From Candidatus Altiarchaeota archaeon (GTDB lineage Archaea; Altiarchaeota; Altiarchaeia; IMC4; SCGC-AAA252-I15), in contig JAZDIN010000025.1 of the NCBI GenBank assembly GCA_043804895.1, positions 1 to 64,000 of the forward strand: DNA of 64,000 bases, in the 5' to 3' direction. The position numbers and the translations under genes are program-made. Below the pieces are notes generated by a model. It saw nothing but the letters and a program-made list of their open reading frames with translations. It had not been told where the DNA came from and made no database searches. Positions 47,613 through 57,976 of this stretch are shown here, one piece after another. Within the stretch, counting starts at the first letter, position 1. Every line of letters starts with the position of its first letter.

Positions 47613-48718
47613 AGCTGCATAGTCTTTGCTGCTATACTATCCCAAGAATGCGGCAGAGCGCTCTTTCTGGCTTTCGCGCTCATCCTGCCTAGGAGGTCAT
47701 CATCCAGCACGTGTCTGACCTTCTCTGCAATGTCCTTTCCCTCCCTCTCTATGAAGAATCCGTTCTCCCCCTCCCTTATCAAATCCTCAGTGCCGTTAAC
47801 GAGGGTCGCAAGGACTGGAAGGCCTGATGCAGCCGCCTCGAGCGTGGCCATGCTAAACCCCTCATATGCGGTCGGGAACACGAATAGGTCGGCTGATGCA
47901 TAGTACTTCCTGGCTTCACTTGAGTGTCCTGTGAACACGACTCTATCACTGACGCCCAATTCAGCAGCGCGTCTCTCATAAGGTTGTCTTTTGTCGCCGC
48001 CGACTGCGACCAGTTTCACGTCCTTCGGCAGGTGTGGTAAGGCCTCGATTACGTGCCTCAGGCCCTTTCTCTTGAACTCCCATCCAACGAATAGTAGGAC
48101 GATGTCGTTTTCATCGATTCCGTGCATTCTCCTGACGTCAGTCCTGTATAACTTCCTGTTCTCTGGTGTGAACTCCTCTATGTTGACACCGTTTGGTATC
48201 AGCCTAATGTACTCATCAGGGACCCCATAGTAATGTTGTACCTCCCTGAGGTTGCCCTTTGACAAGGCAATCAACTTCTTAAAGTTCCTGTGCGTTAGGT
48301 TGTACTTCTCTATTTGTAAGACGATGTTTGACGCGGGCTCGAAGGTCTTCAGCACCCTATACCCGAAGCCCCTCTCCCTCTTGAACTGTTCGACCGCAGC
48401 CTTATGGCAGCTTGGCGCCTTAAGTATGTTCTGGTAAAGCGACTCAGCCCCCTGACTGTGTATGATGTCGAATTTATGTTCCTTGTCGAGCTTCCTTGCG
48501 AACACCGTGTTCTTCACTGCATTGAGGCCGATTAGCATATAATACGGCCATCGTGGTATCGGGATCTTGTGGAATGTCACGCCGTCTATGTCGTGTTTCT
48601 GCCATGTAGTCAGGACGTGGACTTCATTGTCTTTCGCGAACCTTTCAGCCAGTTCGACAGCGTATTTCGCGACCGCGCCCTGCTTGAAAAAGCTTGCAGT
48701 CAGGAAAAGTATTTTCAC
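47591..48718 (-). CDS. Glycosyltransferase family 4
   Basis: FVGWEFKRKG, PTAYEGFSMATLEAAASG. Confidence 0.92.
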   Translation of the reverse strand: MKILFLTASFFKQGAVAKYAVELAERFAKDNEVHVLTTWQKHDIDGVTFHKIPIPRWPYYMLIGLNAVKNTVFARKLDKEHKFDIIHSQGAESLYQNILKAPSCHKAAVEQFKRERGFGYRVLKTFEPASNIVLQIEKYNLTHRNFKKLIALSKGNLREVQHYYGVPDEYIRLIPNGVNIEEFTPENRKLYRTDVRRMHGIDENDIVLLFVGWEFKRKGLRHVIEALPHLPKDVKLVAVGGDKRQPYERRAAELGVSDRVVFTGHSSEARKYYASADLFVFPTAYEGFSMATLEAAASGLPVLATLVNGTEDLIREGENGFFIEREGKDIAEKVRHVLDDDLLGRMSAKARKSALPHSWDSIAAKTMQLYEEVLE

Positions 48719-50610
48719 CCCCCAGCCTCCTCCATGAAAATCTCATGCCATGTCTTAAAGCAGTGTAACAGCCCCCAAAGCCTACGACCGTTCTCGTATT
48801 CTGTGTCTTTCGCCCTGGATTTCATGTAATGTTCAAGCAACCTCATTGTATTGGCTTTCCTGAAGTACTCTGTTCTGTCAATGAACTTCAAGACATTATC
48901 GAAGTCTGCCTTCAGTTCCTCCTTCAGCCACGCATCGAATGGTATCTCGAACCCGTGTTTTTTCCGCCTGACTATGCTCTTTGGGAGAATGTCTTTCACA
49001 GCCTTCCTGAAGATCATCTTATCCTTGCCTGCAATGCCGACCTTCATATAGGATGGTATCGTGTAAGCGTGTTCCACGAGCAGTTGGTCCAAGAGCGGAG
49101 ACCTAGCTTCTACAGAATGTGCCATCGTCATCTTATCTACCTTCATTAGGAAGTCCTCAGCAAGCCATGTCTTCACGTCAAGATAAAGTATCCTGTTCAG
49201 GAAATCATTGCCTTTCGACTCCTTTGCATGTGATATGTGGGGCTCAACAGTCAGCTCATATGGATTCGACTCGAAGATATCACGAGCTAGGACATCTTTC
49301 TTATACTCCTCTGTGAGCACCCTCGAGCCCCTGATGTACGTCCCCTTTAAGTCTCTCGCACTCCTGATAACATTTCTAACGTCCCTTGAGTCAGCCATGT
49401 TATCCATGAGGTCGCCGACGTGTTTATTGTCAGCAGCAAGGTTCAAAAGACGTGAAGTGAGCGGGATGTTGAATAGGAACTCCCGCTTTCTAACCCACCT
49501 GTACTTCGAATACCCCCCATACAGCTCATCGCCTCCGTCGCCTGTGAGATACACCGTCGCATGCTTCTTCGCGTATTTGCTCATAAGGTATGTCGGGACA
49601 ATAGCATAGTCAGCAATCGGTTCGTCAATGTGCCATACAATATCCCTAAACGATTTCATCGCATCACCGCCAATCACGATTTCAGTATGCTCGGTGTTGA
49701 ATTTTTCAGCGACTATGCGCGAGTAGGGTCGCTCGTCAAGTCCGCCCCATTCAAACCCGATGGATATAGTCTTCACAGTCTCTTCCCCTAGTCTAGAAGC
49801 CAAAGCCACAATGGTGCTGGAGTCAAGCCCGCCAGAGAGGTATACGCCAAGCGGGACGTCGCTCACCAGCCTCATAGCGACCGCATCCTCAAGGAGCATC
49901 ATCATCCCAGATATGAACTGTCGTTCGCTCTTGGCCACATTACTCTCAAGGTCAATATCCCAATACTTTTCTAACATGACCCTACCTTCCCTCACAGTCA
50001 TATGGTGTCCAGGCCTCAGCTTGTGCACCCCATCGAACATAGTCAGAGGTGCTGGGACGTACTGGTGGGTCATGTAGGCGTTCAAACCTTCCAATGAAAC
50101 CTTCCTCACGAATCCAGGATACCTAAGCATCGCCTTTATCTCAGAGGCGAATATGAAATTGCCTTCCACTAGGGAGTAGTAAAGCGGCTTCTTCCCAAGT
50201 CTGTCCCTGGCCAGGAAAAGGCGTTCCCCCTTCCTGTCCCATATTGCGAATGCGAACATGCCTCTTAGTTTTTTCACGCAGTCTTTGCCGTATTCCTCGA
50301 AGCTGTGTATTATGACTTCCGTGTCTGTGTCGGTCCTGAACCTGTGTCCTTTGGCTTCTAGGTCTGCTCGCAGACTCTTGAAGTTGTATATCTCCCCGTT
50401 GTAGACTATCCATATGTCTCCGTCCTCGTTGCACATCGGCTGGCGGCCTCGTTCGCTCAGGTCTATGATGCTCAACCTAGTGTGGCCGAGGCTGATTCCC
50501 GCATCAGTGTATACTCCAGAATCATCCGGCCCACGATGCCTGAGAGATTCTCCCATCCTCTCAAGAAGTCCTCTGTCATCAACACCCAGTATGCCGAATA
50601 TCCCGCACAT
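48715..50610 (-). CDS. asnB: AsnB-like glutamine-dependent amidotransferase
   Basis: MCGIFG Ntn Cys, HRGPD, RLSIID, LSGGLDSS, GDGGDE. Confidence 0.93.
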   Translation of the reverse strand: MCGIFGILGVDDRGLLERMGESLRHRGPDDSGVYTDAGISLGHTRLSIIDLSERGRQPMCNEDGDIWIVYNGEIYNFKSLRADLEAKGHRFRTDTDTEVIIHSFEEYGKDCVKKLRGMFAFAIWDRKGERLFLARDRLGKKPLYYSLVEGNFIFASEIKAMLRYPGFVRKVSLEGLNAYMTHQYVPAPLTMFDGVHKLRPGHHMTVREGRVMLEKYWDIDLESNVAKSERQFISGMMMLLEDAVAMRLVSDVPLGVYLSGGLDSSTIVALASRLGEETVKTISIGFEWGGLDERPYSRIVAEKFNTEHTEIVIGGDAMKSFRDIVWHIDEPIADYAIVPTYLMSKYAKKHATVYLTGDGGDELYGGYSKYRWVRKREFLFNIPLTSRLLNLAADNKHVGDLMDNMADSRDVRNVIRSARDLKGTYIRGSRVLTEEYKKDVLARDIFESNPYELTVEPHISHAKESKGNDFLNRILYLDVKTWLAEDFLMKVDKMTMAHSVEARSPLLDQLLVEHAYTIPSYMKVGIAGKDKMIFRKAVKDILPKSIVRRKKHGFEIPFDAWLKEELKADFDNVLKFIDRTEYFRKANTMRLLEHYMKSRAKDTEYENGRRLWGLLHCFKTWHEIFMEEAGG

Positions 50611-51782
50611 TACCTAATGCACCCACCATAGACTTTGATTGTGTCGGCAACCATCTTCTCCCTGCTGAAGCCCTCCTCTATTGTCTTGCGTGCTGAACTT
50701 CCAAGTCGCCTTGCCAGTTTCTCATTTTCAAGGACTTCAATCAACCTATTAGCAAGCGTGTCAATGTCTTTAGGCTTGACCAGTAAACCGTTAACGCCGT
50801 CGGTGATTACTGACGGAATCCCCCCAATCTCAGAGGCTATTACCGGTTTCCCGCAGGCCATAGCCTCAAGTTCAATTAAAGGCAGACCCTCAACACGGAT
50901 GGTAGGTATTATGAAAGCTTCACAGGCGTTGTAGTAGTCTGCCAATCCCTCGTGTTGGACCTTTCCCATGAATGTGACATTTTTTCCAAGTTTCAGTCTG
51001 ATAGTCCGTTGTTCTAAACTCTTACGGTAAGGTCCGTCCCCGACTACTATGAGATGCGCGTTTGGAATCCTATCAACAAGCTTTGCGAGAGCCTCAATGA
51101 GGTACTGCACACCCTTCTGCCTGTGCAGGACCGAGACGCTAAGAATAATCCTCTCTCCTGGATACTCCCCCATAACCTTGCTAGCATACGATCTAAATAC
51201 TGTAGTGTCAATGCCATTGTATATGGTTTTAACCGTGTCCTTGGCTATGTTGAATTCTTTTGGTATATCCTCACTGAGTTCCTTGCTTATAGCTATCACC
51301 GCCTCGCTTTCCTTTATGAATTCTTTTGTCCAGTAATAGTGGTTAAAGGTATGGAACAGAATTTTCGGAAATAGCATCAGACTGAAACCCTGGTTGATGA
51401 TGCTTCGGATTTCGCTCAATGACGTTCCATGCATCGTCGTGATCAAAGGCACTCCCAGCCTCTTTTTGATTCCATCGCGCACGTAATAGAAGGCAGCTGT
51501 AGACTGGCTGTGTACGACGTCAAATTTCTTTTCCCTGTGTAGTTCTTCCAGTTTATTCAAGGCTTTCCTACCAAGTGGTTTCTTGCTTGTTGCATCGACG
51601 TCCGTATAATAGATTTCGACTCCGTCCACGGACTCATGCATAATCCCACTCGGGTGCCTGCTCGTTATGACTATAACCTCATGTCCGGATTTTGCTATAC
51701 CTTTCGCCAAATCCATGGCGTGTATCTCCATCCCACCCAGAACGTGAGACGGCAACAGCATCGTGAACATGCAAACTCTCAT
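50610..51782 (-). CDS. Glycosyltransferase family 4
   Basis: GGMEIH, RVEGLPLIELEAMACG; start reset to ATG 51782. Confidence 0.92.
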   Translation of the reverse strand: MRVCMFTMLLPSHVLGGMEIHAMDLAKGIAKSGHEVIVITSRHPSGIMHESVDGVEIYYTDVDATSKKPLGRKALNKLEELHREKKFDVVHSQSTAAFYYVRDGIKKRLGVPLITTMHGTSLSEIRSIINQGFSLMLFPKILFHTFNHYYWTKEFIKESEAVIAISKELSEDIPKEFNIAKDTVKTIYNGIDTTVFRSYASKVMGEYPGERIILSVSVLHRQKGVQYLIEALAKLVDRIPNAHLIVVGDGPYRKSLEQRTIRLKLGKNVTFMGKVQHEGLADYYNACEAFIIPTIRVEGLPLIELEAMACGKPVIASEIGGIPSVITDGVNGLLVKPKDIDTLANRLIEVLENEKLARRLGSSARKTIEEGFSREKMVADTIKVYGGCIR

Positions 51783-51791
51783 TACAAATAC

Positions 51792-51863
51792 GCGAGGATA
51801 TTCGCTAGACTGCAGTCTAGCGAATGTGTGCGAGCATGGCTCGCCCACATTCCCTTTACTCGC
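51792..51863. repeat. Intergenic palindrome cluster
   Basis: Perfect 26-bp palindrome ATTCGCTAGACTGCAGTCTAGCGAAT (51800-51825) followed by a GCGAGC-ATG-GCTCGC hairpin. Confidence 0.8.
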
Positions 51864-51935
51864 TTGCACCTCCTACGTGTTTTCGACTGTTTGACATTTT
51901 AAGTGTTAATACTGACGCCTTTAAGATTCGGTCAT

Positions 51936-52997
51936 TTATTTTATGCCGCTGAAACCTATGTCGTCCCTGAAGTTCTTCCTCCCAATATCGTCCTCCCTCC
52001 TCCTGTTAAGCTTTAGTTTGGAGTATCCTTCCCCCTCCAACCAACCCCTAACCTCGCCTTCGGTGTGGAAGTGCTCGTACTCTGGGCTCCACCAATCGAA
52101 GGTGTCAGCCCACCGCTCTTCCGGGTAAGGCCTCTTTGAAATGAAGAAGAAAAGCCTTCCCACCTGCAGCCTAAGCCATTCGTTACCTATACCCCTCACG
52201 AGCCCCCCCAGCGGAACCCCAACCCAAGAGAGCCTCCATAACATCCATATAGGCATCCGTGTAGTGAAGACCCTGATTACATTGTTTAAGAACATCGAAA
52301 GAGGACTCCTCTTACGGTAGACCCACACCGCTAGCAGGCCGCCTCTTTTCACCATCTTTGATATGCATTTGAACGCGCCTTTCGGGTCGGGTGTGTGGTG
52401 TAACACACCAATGCTATAAACGAAGTCGAATGTACCCTCCCTAAGTGGGATGTTGAAGAGGTCGGCTTGGACGACGTGCACCCTCCCGACCCCTCGTGTA
52501 TTCTCATAAGCGCTTTCAACTGCCTGGCTTAAGTCCACGGCCACGATCTCTGCCCCATGTTTGGCGGCTACTAGGCTGTATCTGCCGTAGCCGCATCCTC
52601 CATCCAGGCACAATTTTCCTTTTAGGAATTTCTCGTCAACCCCTGTCTTATCGAAGAATATGGGGCTTTCTTCCATTTCGTTTATAATTTTGTACTTGGT
52701 CCACTGGAATCCAAAGCTCTTGCTGGTGCTCTCCTTAAACTTCTTGAACTCCTGGATGTCTCTATCGGATACTATTCCCTCCGGTAGTTTGTCTCTGTAT
52801 CTCTCAGCAAAGGAAGGATGTTCCTTTAGGGTGTTGGGGAGAATTCTTGGAATCCCTCCGATAATGGGGTACCAGTTTCCGCAATTGCATGTGAGTAGCC
52901 CGTCGACAATCTCCTCCTTGTTATACAAAAATGGCGTGCACTTGAAATCTCCTTTGCAACTTGGGCAGGCCAAGAAATCAAGCAACCTACGGTCCAT
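51936..52997 (-). CDS. Trm112-like domain fused to class I SAM methyltransferase
   Basis: LLDFLACPSC...LTCNCGNWYPIIGGIPRIL; LDGGCGYG; FDFVYSIGVLHH. Confidence 0.88.
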   Translation of the reverse strand: MDRRLLDFLACPSCKGDFKCTPFLYNKEEIVDGLLTCNCGNWYPIIGGIPRILPNTLKEHPSFAERYRDKLPEGIVSDRDIQEFKKFKESTSKSFGFQWTKYKIINEMEESPIFFDKTGVDEKFLKGKLCLDGGCGYGRYSLVAAKHGAEIVAVDLSQAVESAYENTRGVGRVHVVQADLFNIPLREGTFDFVYSIGVLHHTPDPKGAFKCISKMVKRGGLLAVWVYRKRSPLSMFLNNVIRVFTTRMPIWMLWRLSWVGVPLGGLVRGIGNEWLRLQVGRLFFFISKRPYPEERWADTFDWWSPEYEHFHTEGEVRGWLEGEGYSKLKLNRRREDDIGRKNFRDDIGFSGIK

Positions 52998-53032
52998 ACT
53001 AACTACATGTATTGTGTATATAATATAAGCCT

Positions 53033-54901
53033 CTACAGGCTCCCTGGTGGCATTCCATCGATGTACATCCTCTGCCACAGTTCCAGTGTGATGAGGGCCC
53101 ATATCTGGTGCCCCCTCCACAGGTTTTTTGGTTTTCCGAGGAGTGCTTGGACCTTATCGGGCCTAAGTATCCCTCGTCTTCTCACATTTTCCTTTGATAA
53201 TATGTCATGCGCAAACTCGCGCAGTTCGTTGAGCATCCAGTGGTGCATCGGCACCCGGAATCCCTGCTTTTTGCGTGCAAGTATCTCCTTAGGTAGCCTA
53301 TCCCTCATAAGCCTCTTGAGTATGTACTTGTCTGTGGAGCCCCTCAGCTTCATATGGGCTGGAAGCGACATGGTGTATTCGAGGAGTTTGTGGTCTAGGA
53401 GGGGTACGCGGCCCTCTATCGCCCACGCCATGCTAGTCTTATCAAGTTTCATGAGTAGGTCCTCTGGGACCCACGTCTTCAAGTCAACGTATTGTAAGCG
53501 GCTGAGGAACGTCGGCATGTTCCGTGCCCTGAAGCACTGGCGTACTGTGCTGAGGGAGTCGACGCTGGCGTTCGCCTTCTGGAACTCCCCAGTATAATAC
53601 TCACCCCTCTCCTCCTCGTCTAGGACGTGGCCCTGACCCAAGTAGACCTTTTCCTCGTCTGCAGCTGAGATATACCTTAAGTATCTTTTACCTCGTGTGA
53701 ATCCGGGGATATTTTTTATCGCGTATGGTATGACATTATCCTTCATCACAGGGGGCAGGATATTGCGCATGCGGTCGCCTACGTTGAGTAGTTTGTATGT
53801 TCTGTAGCCTGCGAATGCCTCGTCTCCGCCTTCGCCCGTGAGTACTACCGTCACCTTCCTTTTCGCCCGTTCAGACAGGAAATATGTCGGCACAGCCGCA
53901 GGGTCGCCGATGGGTTCATCCAGATGCCATATCACCAATGGAAGGGACTTCAGCGCATGATGGGAGTCGATAATGATCTCATGATGGTCTGTTCTATAGT
54001 GGTCTGCCACAGTCTTCGCGTATTTCACCTCATCAACGTCCTCGTACCCGAATCCTACGCTAAACGTCTTCACAGGTTCAGGCATCATCGACGTCATCAT
54101 GTCAACCATTGTGCTTGAGTCAAGGCCGCCTGAGAGATAGGCGCCGAGTGACACGTCGCTCATCAGGCGCATCCTCACGCAATCCGAAAGTAGCGCATCA
54201 AGTTCTTTAAGGCACTGGCTTTCGCTGACATCATGCAGTTGAGCCTTAAGGTCCCAGTATTGGGTGACGTTGGTCTTGCCACCCTCGCGCACTAGCATGT
54301 GGCCTGGCTGTAGTTTCATCACCCCCTCAAGTGCAGTTTGCATTCCTGGGACATACTGGAGGGTGAGGTAATAGTGGATTGCCTTCTTGTTCAACGCCGG
54401 ATTTAAGCCATCATACTCTAAAAGCGCCTTCACTTCCGAGGCGAACAGGAACGCTCCATCCTTTTCAAAGTAGTAGACTGGTTTTATGCCTAACCTGTCT
54501 CTTGCTAGGACGAGCCTCTTCTTGGACGCATCCCAGAGGGCGATTGCGAACATCCCCCTCAGGTGTTCGACAAAAAGTGGACCATGTTCCTCATACAGGT
54601 GCACGATGACCTCCGTGTCGGTGTTTGTCCTGAACTTGTGGCCTTCAGCCTCGAGTTCTCTCCTCAGTTCAAGGTAGTTGTAAATCTCCCCATTGTATAT
54701 CGTGACCACATCACCTTCCTCGTTGAATATCGGCTGCTTCCCTGTTGAAAGGTCTATGATGGAAAGGCGCAGGTGGCCGAGCATCACGTCTGAATCATGG
54801 TATTCGCCGCAGTCATCTGGGCCCCTATGGTGGACTGTATCCATCATATCCCTGAGCAGTCCCCTGTCCTCAAAACCCATTATCCCCACAATACCACACA
54901 C
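53033..54901 (-). CDS. asnB: AsnB-like glutamine-dependent amidotransferase (second copy)
   Basis: GTG start then CGIVG, HRGPD, RLSIID, LSGGLDSS, GEGGDE. Confidence 0.93.
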   Translation of the reverse strand: MCGIVGIMGFEDRGLLRDMMDTVHHRGPDDCGEYHDSDVMLGHLRLSIIDLSTGKQPIFNEEGDVVTIYNGEIYNYLELRRELEAEGHKFRTNTDTEVIVHLYEEHGPLFVEHLRGMFAIALWDASKKRLVLARDRLGIKPVYYFEKDGAFLFASEVKALLEYDGLNPALNKKAIHYYLTLQYVPGMQTALEGVMKLQPGHMLVREGGKTNVTQYWDLKAQLHDVSESQCLKELDALLSDCVRMRLMSDVSLGAYLSGGLDSSTMVDMMTSMMPEPVKTFSVGFGYEDVDEVKYAKTVADHYRTDHHEIIIDSHHALKSLPLVIWHLDEPIGDPAAVPTYFLSERAKRKVTVVLTGEGGDEAFAGYRTYKLLNVGDRMRNILPPVMKDNVIPYAIKNIPGFTRGKRYLRYISAADEEKVYLGQGHVLDEEERGEYYTGEFQKANASVDSLSTVRQCFRARNMPTFLSRLQYVDLKTWVPEDLLMKLDKTSMAWAIEGRVPLLDHKLLEYTMSLPAHMKLRGSTDKYILKRLMRDRLPKEILARKKQGFRVPMHHWMLNELREFAHDILSKENVRRRGILRPDKVQALLGKPKNLWRGHQIWALITLELWQRMYIDGMPPGSL

Positions 54902-54903
54902 CG

Positions 54904-56013
54904 TCAATCACCAATCAACTCATCGTATATTCCTTCAAGCTTCGCAGCCTGTTTTTTAATGTTAAACTCCGATTCAACATGCTTCCTCCCCTCCACACCC
55001 ATCTTATCACATAGGTTGGTGTTATCTATAAGCCTGATCATTGCACTGCCAAGGCTCTTAATATCCCTCTCCTCAACCACAATGCCCGTTTTACCCTCCA
55101 ATACAAGCTCTGGTATCCCAGCGTGTCGTGTTGAGACAACTGGCATACCGGTTGCGGCGGCTTCCATAAGCACATTTGGTATCCCCTCCTTCTCTCCATC
55201 CGGTGTGGTGAATGATTGGAGCACGAAGATGTGGGATTTTAACATCTCTTCAATAACCTTATGATGCGGTAAAGCGCCGAACAAATCAACATCGTCTAAG
55301 ACACGGAGCTCCTTAGCCCTCCGTTCAATAACATCCCTGTAGGGGCCTTCGCCGACAATCTTCAGCCGCGTATTAGGGCGGCTCTCATGTACTTGTGCGA
55401 ATGCCTCGACTGCGTCTTGGACGCCCTTGTTTTCCGCCAGTCTTGCCACTGTCAGAAATACAGTCCTATCTGATGGTTGCCTCTTCACGTATTGGAATTC
55501 ATCCAAGTTTATCCCAGAGTGGTGGACCATTACCTTACCCTCAGGGCAGCCCATCCTGACAAGGTCCTTTTTCATGTCATACGAGCGAGCTAGGAAAATG
55601 TCCCCCTCCTTGAATAGCAGGTCGTACATTCCCGGCTTCCTTGACGGGAAAAGTGACGCATCAATGCCCCTGAACGACGTAACAAGCGGGATAATATGCC
55701 TCCTCTTTAGGGAAAGCATTCTCAACCCGGTGGGGCCGTAATGGGCGTGCAAAAGCCTTACATCCTCCCGCTCTATTACCTGTGAGAAGTGCGGGCACCC
55801 TAGGTGAAAATGCAGGTATGCGCCGTTAATGAGATAGCTTATGGGATTCAAGTCCGAAATGCTTCGCAAACCAGCGTAAGGGAAAGACTCCAGGTTCTTT
55901 TTTTGCGCGCAGAACACCAAAACCCTGTAAGATGTGATGCTAGTTATCTCGTTGTATATGAATGTTTCCGTCAGCGGCAGGTACCTGAGCCTCACGTGCG
56001 CTATGGTCTCCAT
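54904..56013 (-). CDS. Glycosyltransferase family 4 (WcaL-like)
   Basis: PLTETFI, HAHYG, VARLAENKG, EGIPNVLMEA. Confidence 0.9.
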   Translation of the reverse strand: METIAHVRLRYLPLTETFIYNEITSITSYRVLVFCAQKKNLESFPYAGLRSISDLNPISYLINGAYLHFHLGCPHFSQVIEREDVRLLHAHYGPTGLRMLSLKRRHIIPLVTSFRGIDASLFPSRKPGMYDLLFKEGDIFLARSYDMKKDLVRMGCPEGKVMVHHSGINLDEFQYVKRQPSDRTVFLTVARLAENKGVQDAVEAFAQVHESRPNTRLKIVGEGPYRDVIERRAKELRVLDDVDLFGALPHHKVIEEMLKSHIFVLQSFTTPDGEKEGIPNVLMEAAATGMPVVSTRHAGIPELVLEGKTGIVVEERDIKSLGSAMIRLIDNTNLCDKMGVEGRKHVESEFNIKKQAAKLEGIYDELIGD

Positions 56014-56068
56014 CTTGGTTAACTATCCTCCGGATATTTTAAAAGGAGCGACTAAAGACTAAACTGAC

Positions 56069-56845
56069 ATGAAAGTTGTTATACTCTGCGGTGGCCGCGG
56101 AACTCGGCTAAGGGAGGAGACAGAGTACAAGCCAAAGCCCCTGGTTGAGGTAGGCGGCAGGCCCCTACTCTGGCACCTAATGCACATCTATGCGAAATAC
56201 GGGTTTAAAGAGTTTGTTCTGTGCCTCGGGTACAAGGGGAACTTGATCAAGGAGTATTTCCTTAATTACGATGCCATGAACAACGACTTCACAATACACC
56301 TTGGTGACCGGAAGGAGATTGCGGTGCACAGCATGCACCGCGAGCATGACTGGCGTGTAACCCTAGCTGACACCGACGAGGAGTCACTAACTGGCACAAG
56401 GATTAAGAAGATAGAAAAGTACATTGACAGCGACACGTTCATGTTAACATACGGAGATGGACTGGCAGACGTCGATATAAAAAAACTACTTGAATTCCAC
56501 AAATCCCATGGGAAGATCGGGACCATCACTGGAGTGCACCCCTCATCACGCTTCGGTGAGATACAAGCCGAGGGGGGCAGGGTATTGTCCTTCCACGAGA
56601 AACCAAGTTCATTCTCAGGGCTTATAAACGGCGGATTCTTCGTCTTCGATAAAAAGTTCTTCAGGTACCTAGACCTGGAAAAGAATCAAGCCCTAGAGGC
56701 AAAGCCCCTCGTTGAACTATCACGTGAGGGTGAGCTTATGGTCTTCAAGCATGAGGGGTTCTGGCAATGCATGGACACCTACCGGGAGGTCGAGATTCTG
56801 AACAACTTATGGAACTCTGGAAAACCTCCCTGGAAAATCTGGTGA
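56069..56845 (+). CDS. rfbF: Glucose-1-phosphate cytidylyltransferase
   Basis: ILCGGRGTRLREETEYKPKP, LTYGDG, INGGFF, GFWQCMDT. Confidence 0.93.
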   Translation: MKVVILCGGRGTRLREETEYKPKPLVEVGGRPLLWHLMHIYAKYGFKEFVLCLGYKGNLIKEYFLNYDAMNNDFTIHLGDRKEIAVHSMHREHDWRVTLADTDEESLTGTRIKKIEKYIDSDTFMLTYGDGLADVDIKKLLEFHKSHGKIGTITGVHPSSRFGEIQAEGGRVLSFHEKPSSFSGLINGGFFVFDKKFFRYLDLEKNQALEAKPLVELSREGELMVFKHEGFWQCMDTYREVEILNNLWNSGKPPWKIW

Positions 56846-56898
56846 AATGCCTTTAACTTCTCTTTAAAACCCTTAACTGTTAAATAATTTAAAGTAAA

Positions 56899-57897
56899 AT
56901 GGATGACAGGTTTTGGAGGGACAGAAATGTCTTCGTGACCGGTTGCACTGGCTTCCTCGGGTCGTGGCTTACGAAAGCATTGGTTGATCGAGGGGCTAAT
57001 GTCACCGGACTTATTCGTGACTGGATTCCAAAATCCAACCTGGTACTGACCGGATACAACGAAAAGGTTAGTGTCGTGAGGGGAGCGGTCGAGGATTATC
57101 CACTACTGGAAAGAACGCTGAACGAATATGAAATAGATACAGTATTCCACCTGGCAGCTCAGACCATAGTAACAATAGCTAATAGGGGCCCGTTATCGAC
57201 ATTCGAGACCAACATAAAAGGAAGCTGGAGCCTGCTCGAGGCCAGTAGGAGGGCTCCTCTTGTCAGGCGCATCATATGCGCCTCAAGCGACAAGGCATAC
57301 GGAAACCAGATACGGCTTCCCTACAGCGAGGACACACCTCTTGAGGGCAGGCATCCGTACGACGTCTCCAAGAGTTGCGAAGACCTAATCGCTAGATCAT
57401 ACTTCGAGACCTACGGCCTCCCGGTCTGCGTCACAAGGTGCGGGAACTTCTTTGGCGGCGGGGACTTGAATTTCAACAGGATCGTGCCCGGGACGATACG
57501 TTCTGTAAACTACGGTGAGAGGCCACTGATTCGAAGCGATGGAAAATCCACTAGGGATTACATATACATAGAGGACGCTGTAGAAGCCTATATGCTCTTG
57601 GCTGAGCGGATGGGCGACAAAAAAATCCACGGCGAGGCGTTAAACTTCAGCAACGAGAAGCCGATGACAGTCAAAGGGCTGGTGGAAAGGATAATCAAGA
57701 TTATGGGAAGTGACCTCAGACCGGTAATACTGGACGAGGCATCCAACGAGATACGGCACCAGTACCTTTCTTCAAAAAAGGCGAGGAAAATTCTGAATTG
57801 GAAGCCACACTACGACTTTGAGGCGGGTATGAAAAGGACGATAGAATGGTATGTCGGATTCTTGAACGATGGGGTAGTCATCGGGGAGAAACACTGA
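56899..57897 (+). CDS. rfbG: CDP-glucose 4,6-dehydratase-like extended SDR
   Basis: [44 protein letters not shown]; follows rfbF. Confidence 0.82.
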   Translation: MDDRFWRDRNVFVTGCTGFLGSWLTKALVDRGANVTGLIRDWIPKSNLVLTGYNEKVSVVRGAVEDYPLLERTLNEYEIDTVFHLAAQTIVTIANRGPLSTFETNIKGSWSLLEASRRAPLVRRIICASSDKAYGNQIRLPYSEDTPLEGRHPYDVSKSCEDLIARSYFETYGLPVCVTRCGNFFGGGDLNFNRIVPGTIRSVNYGERPLIRSDGKSTRDYIYIEDAVEAYMLLAERMGDKKIHGEALNFSNEKPMTVKGLVERIIKIMGSDLRPVILDEASNEIRHQYLSSKKARKILNWKPHYDFEAGMKRTIEWYVGFLNDGVVIGEKH

Positions 57898-57976
57898 TGG
57901 ACGAATGACTGTCCTCGCACGAAGACAACCCCCGGGAAGAATATTAAGGGATAATATACAAGTGTTGTGAAAGAAG

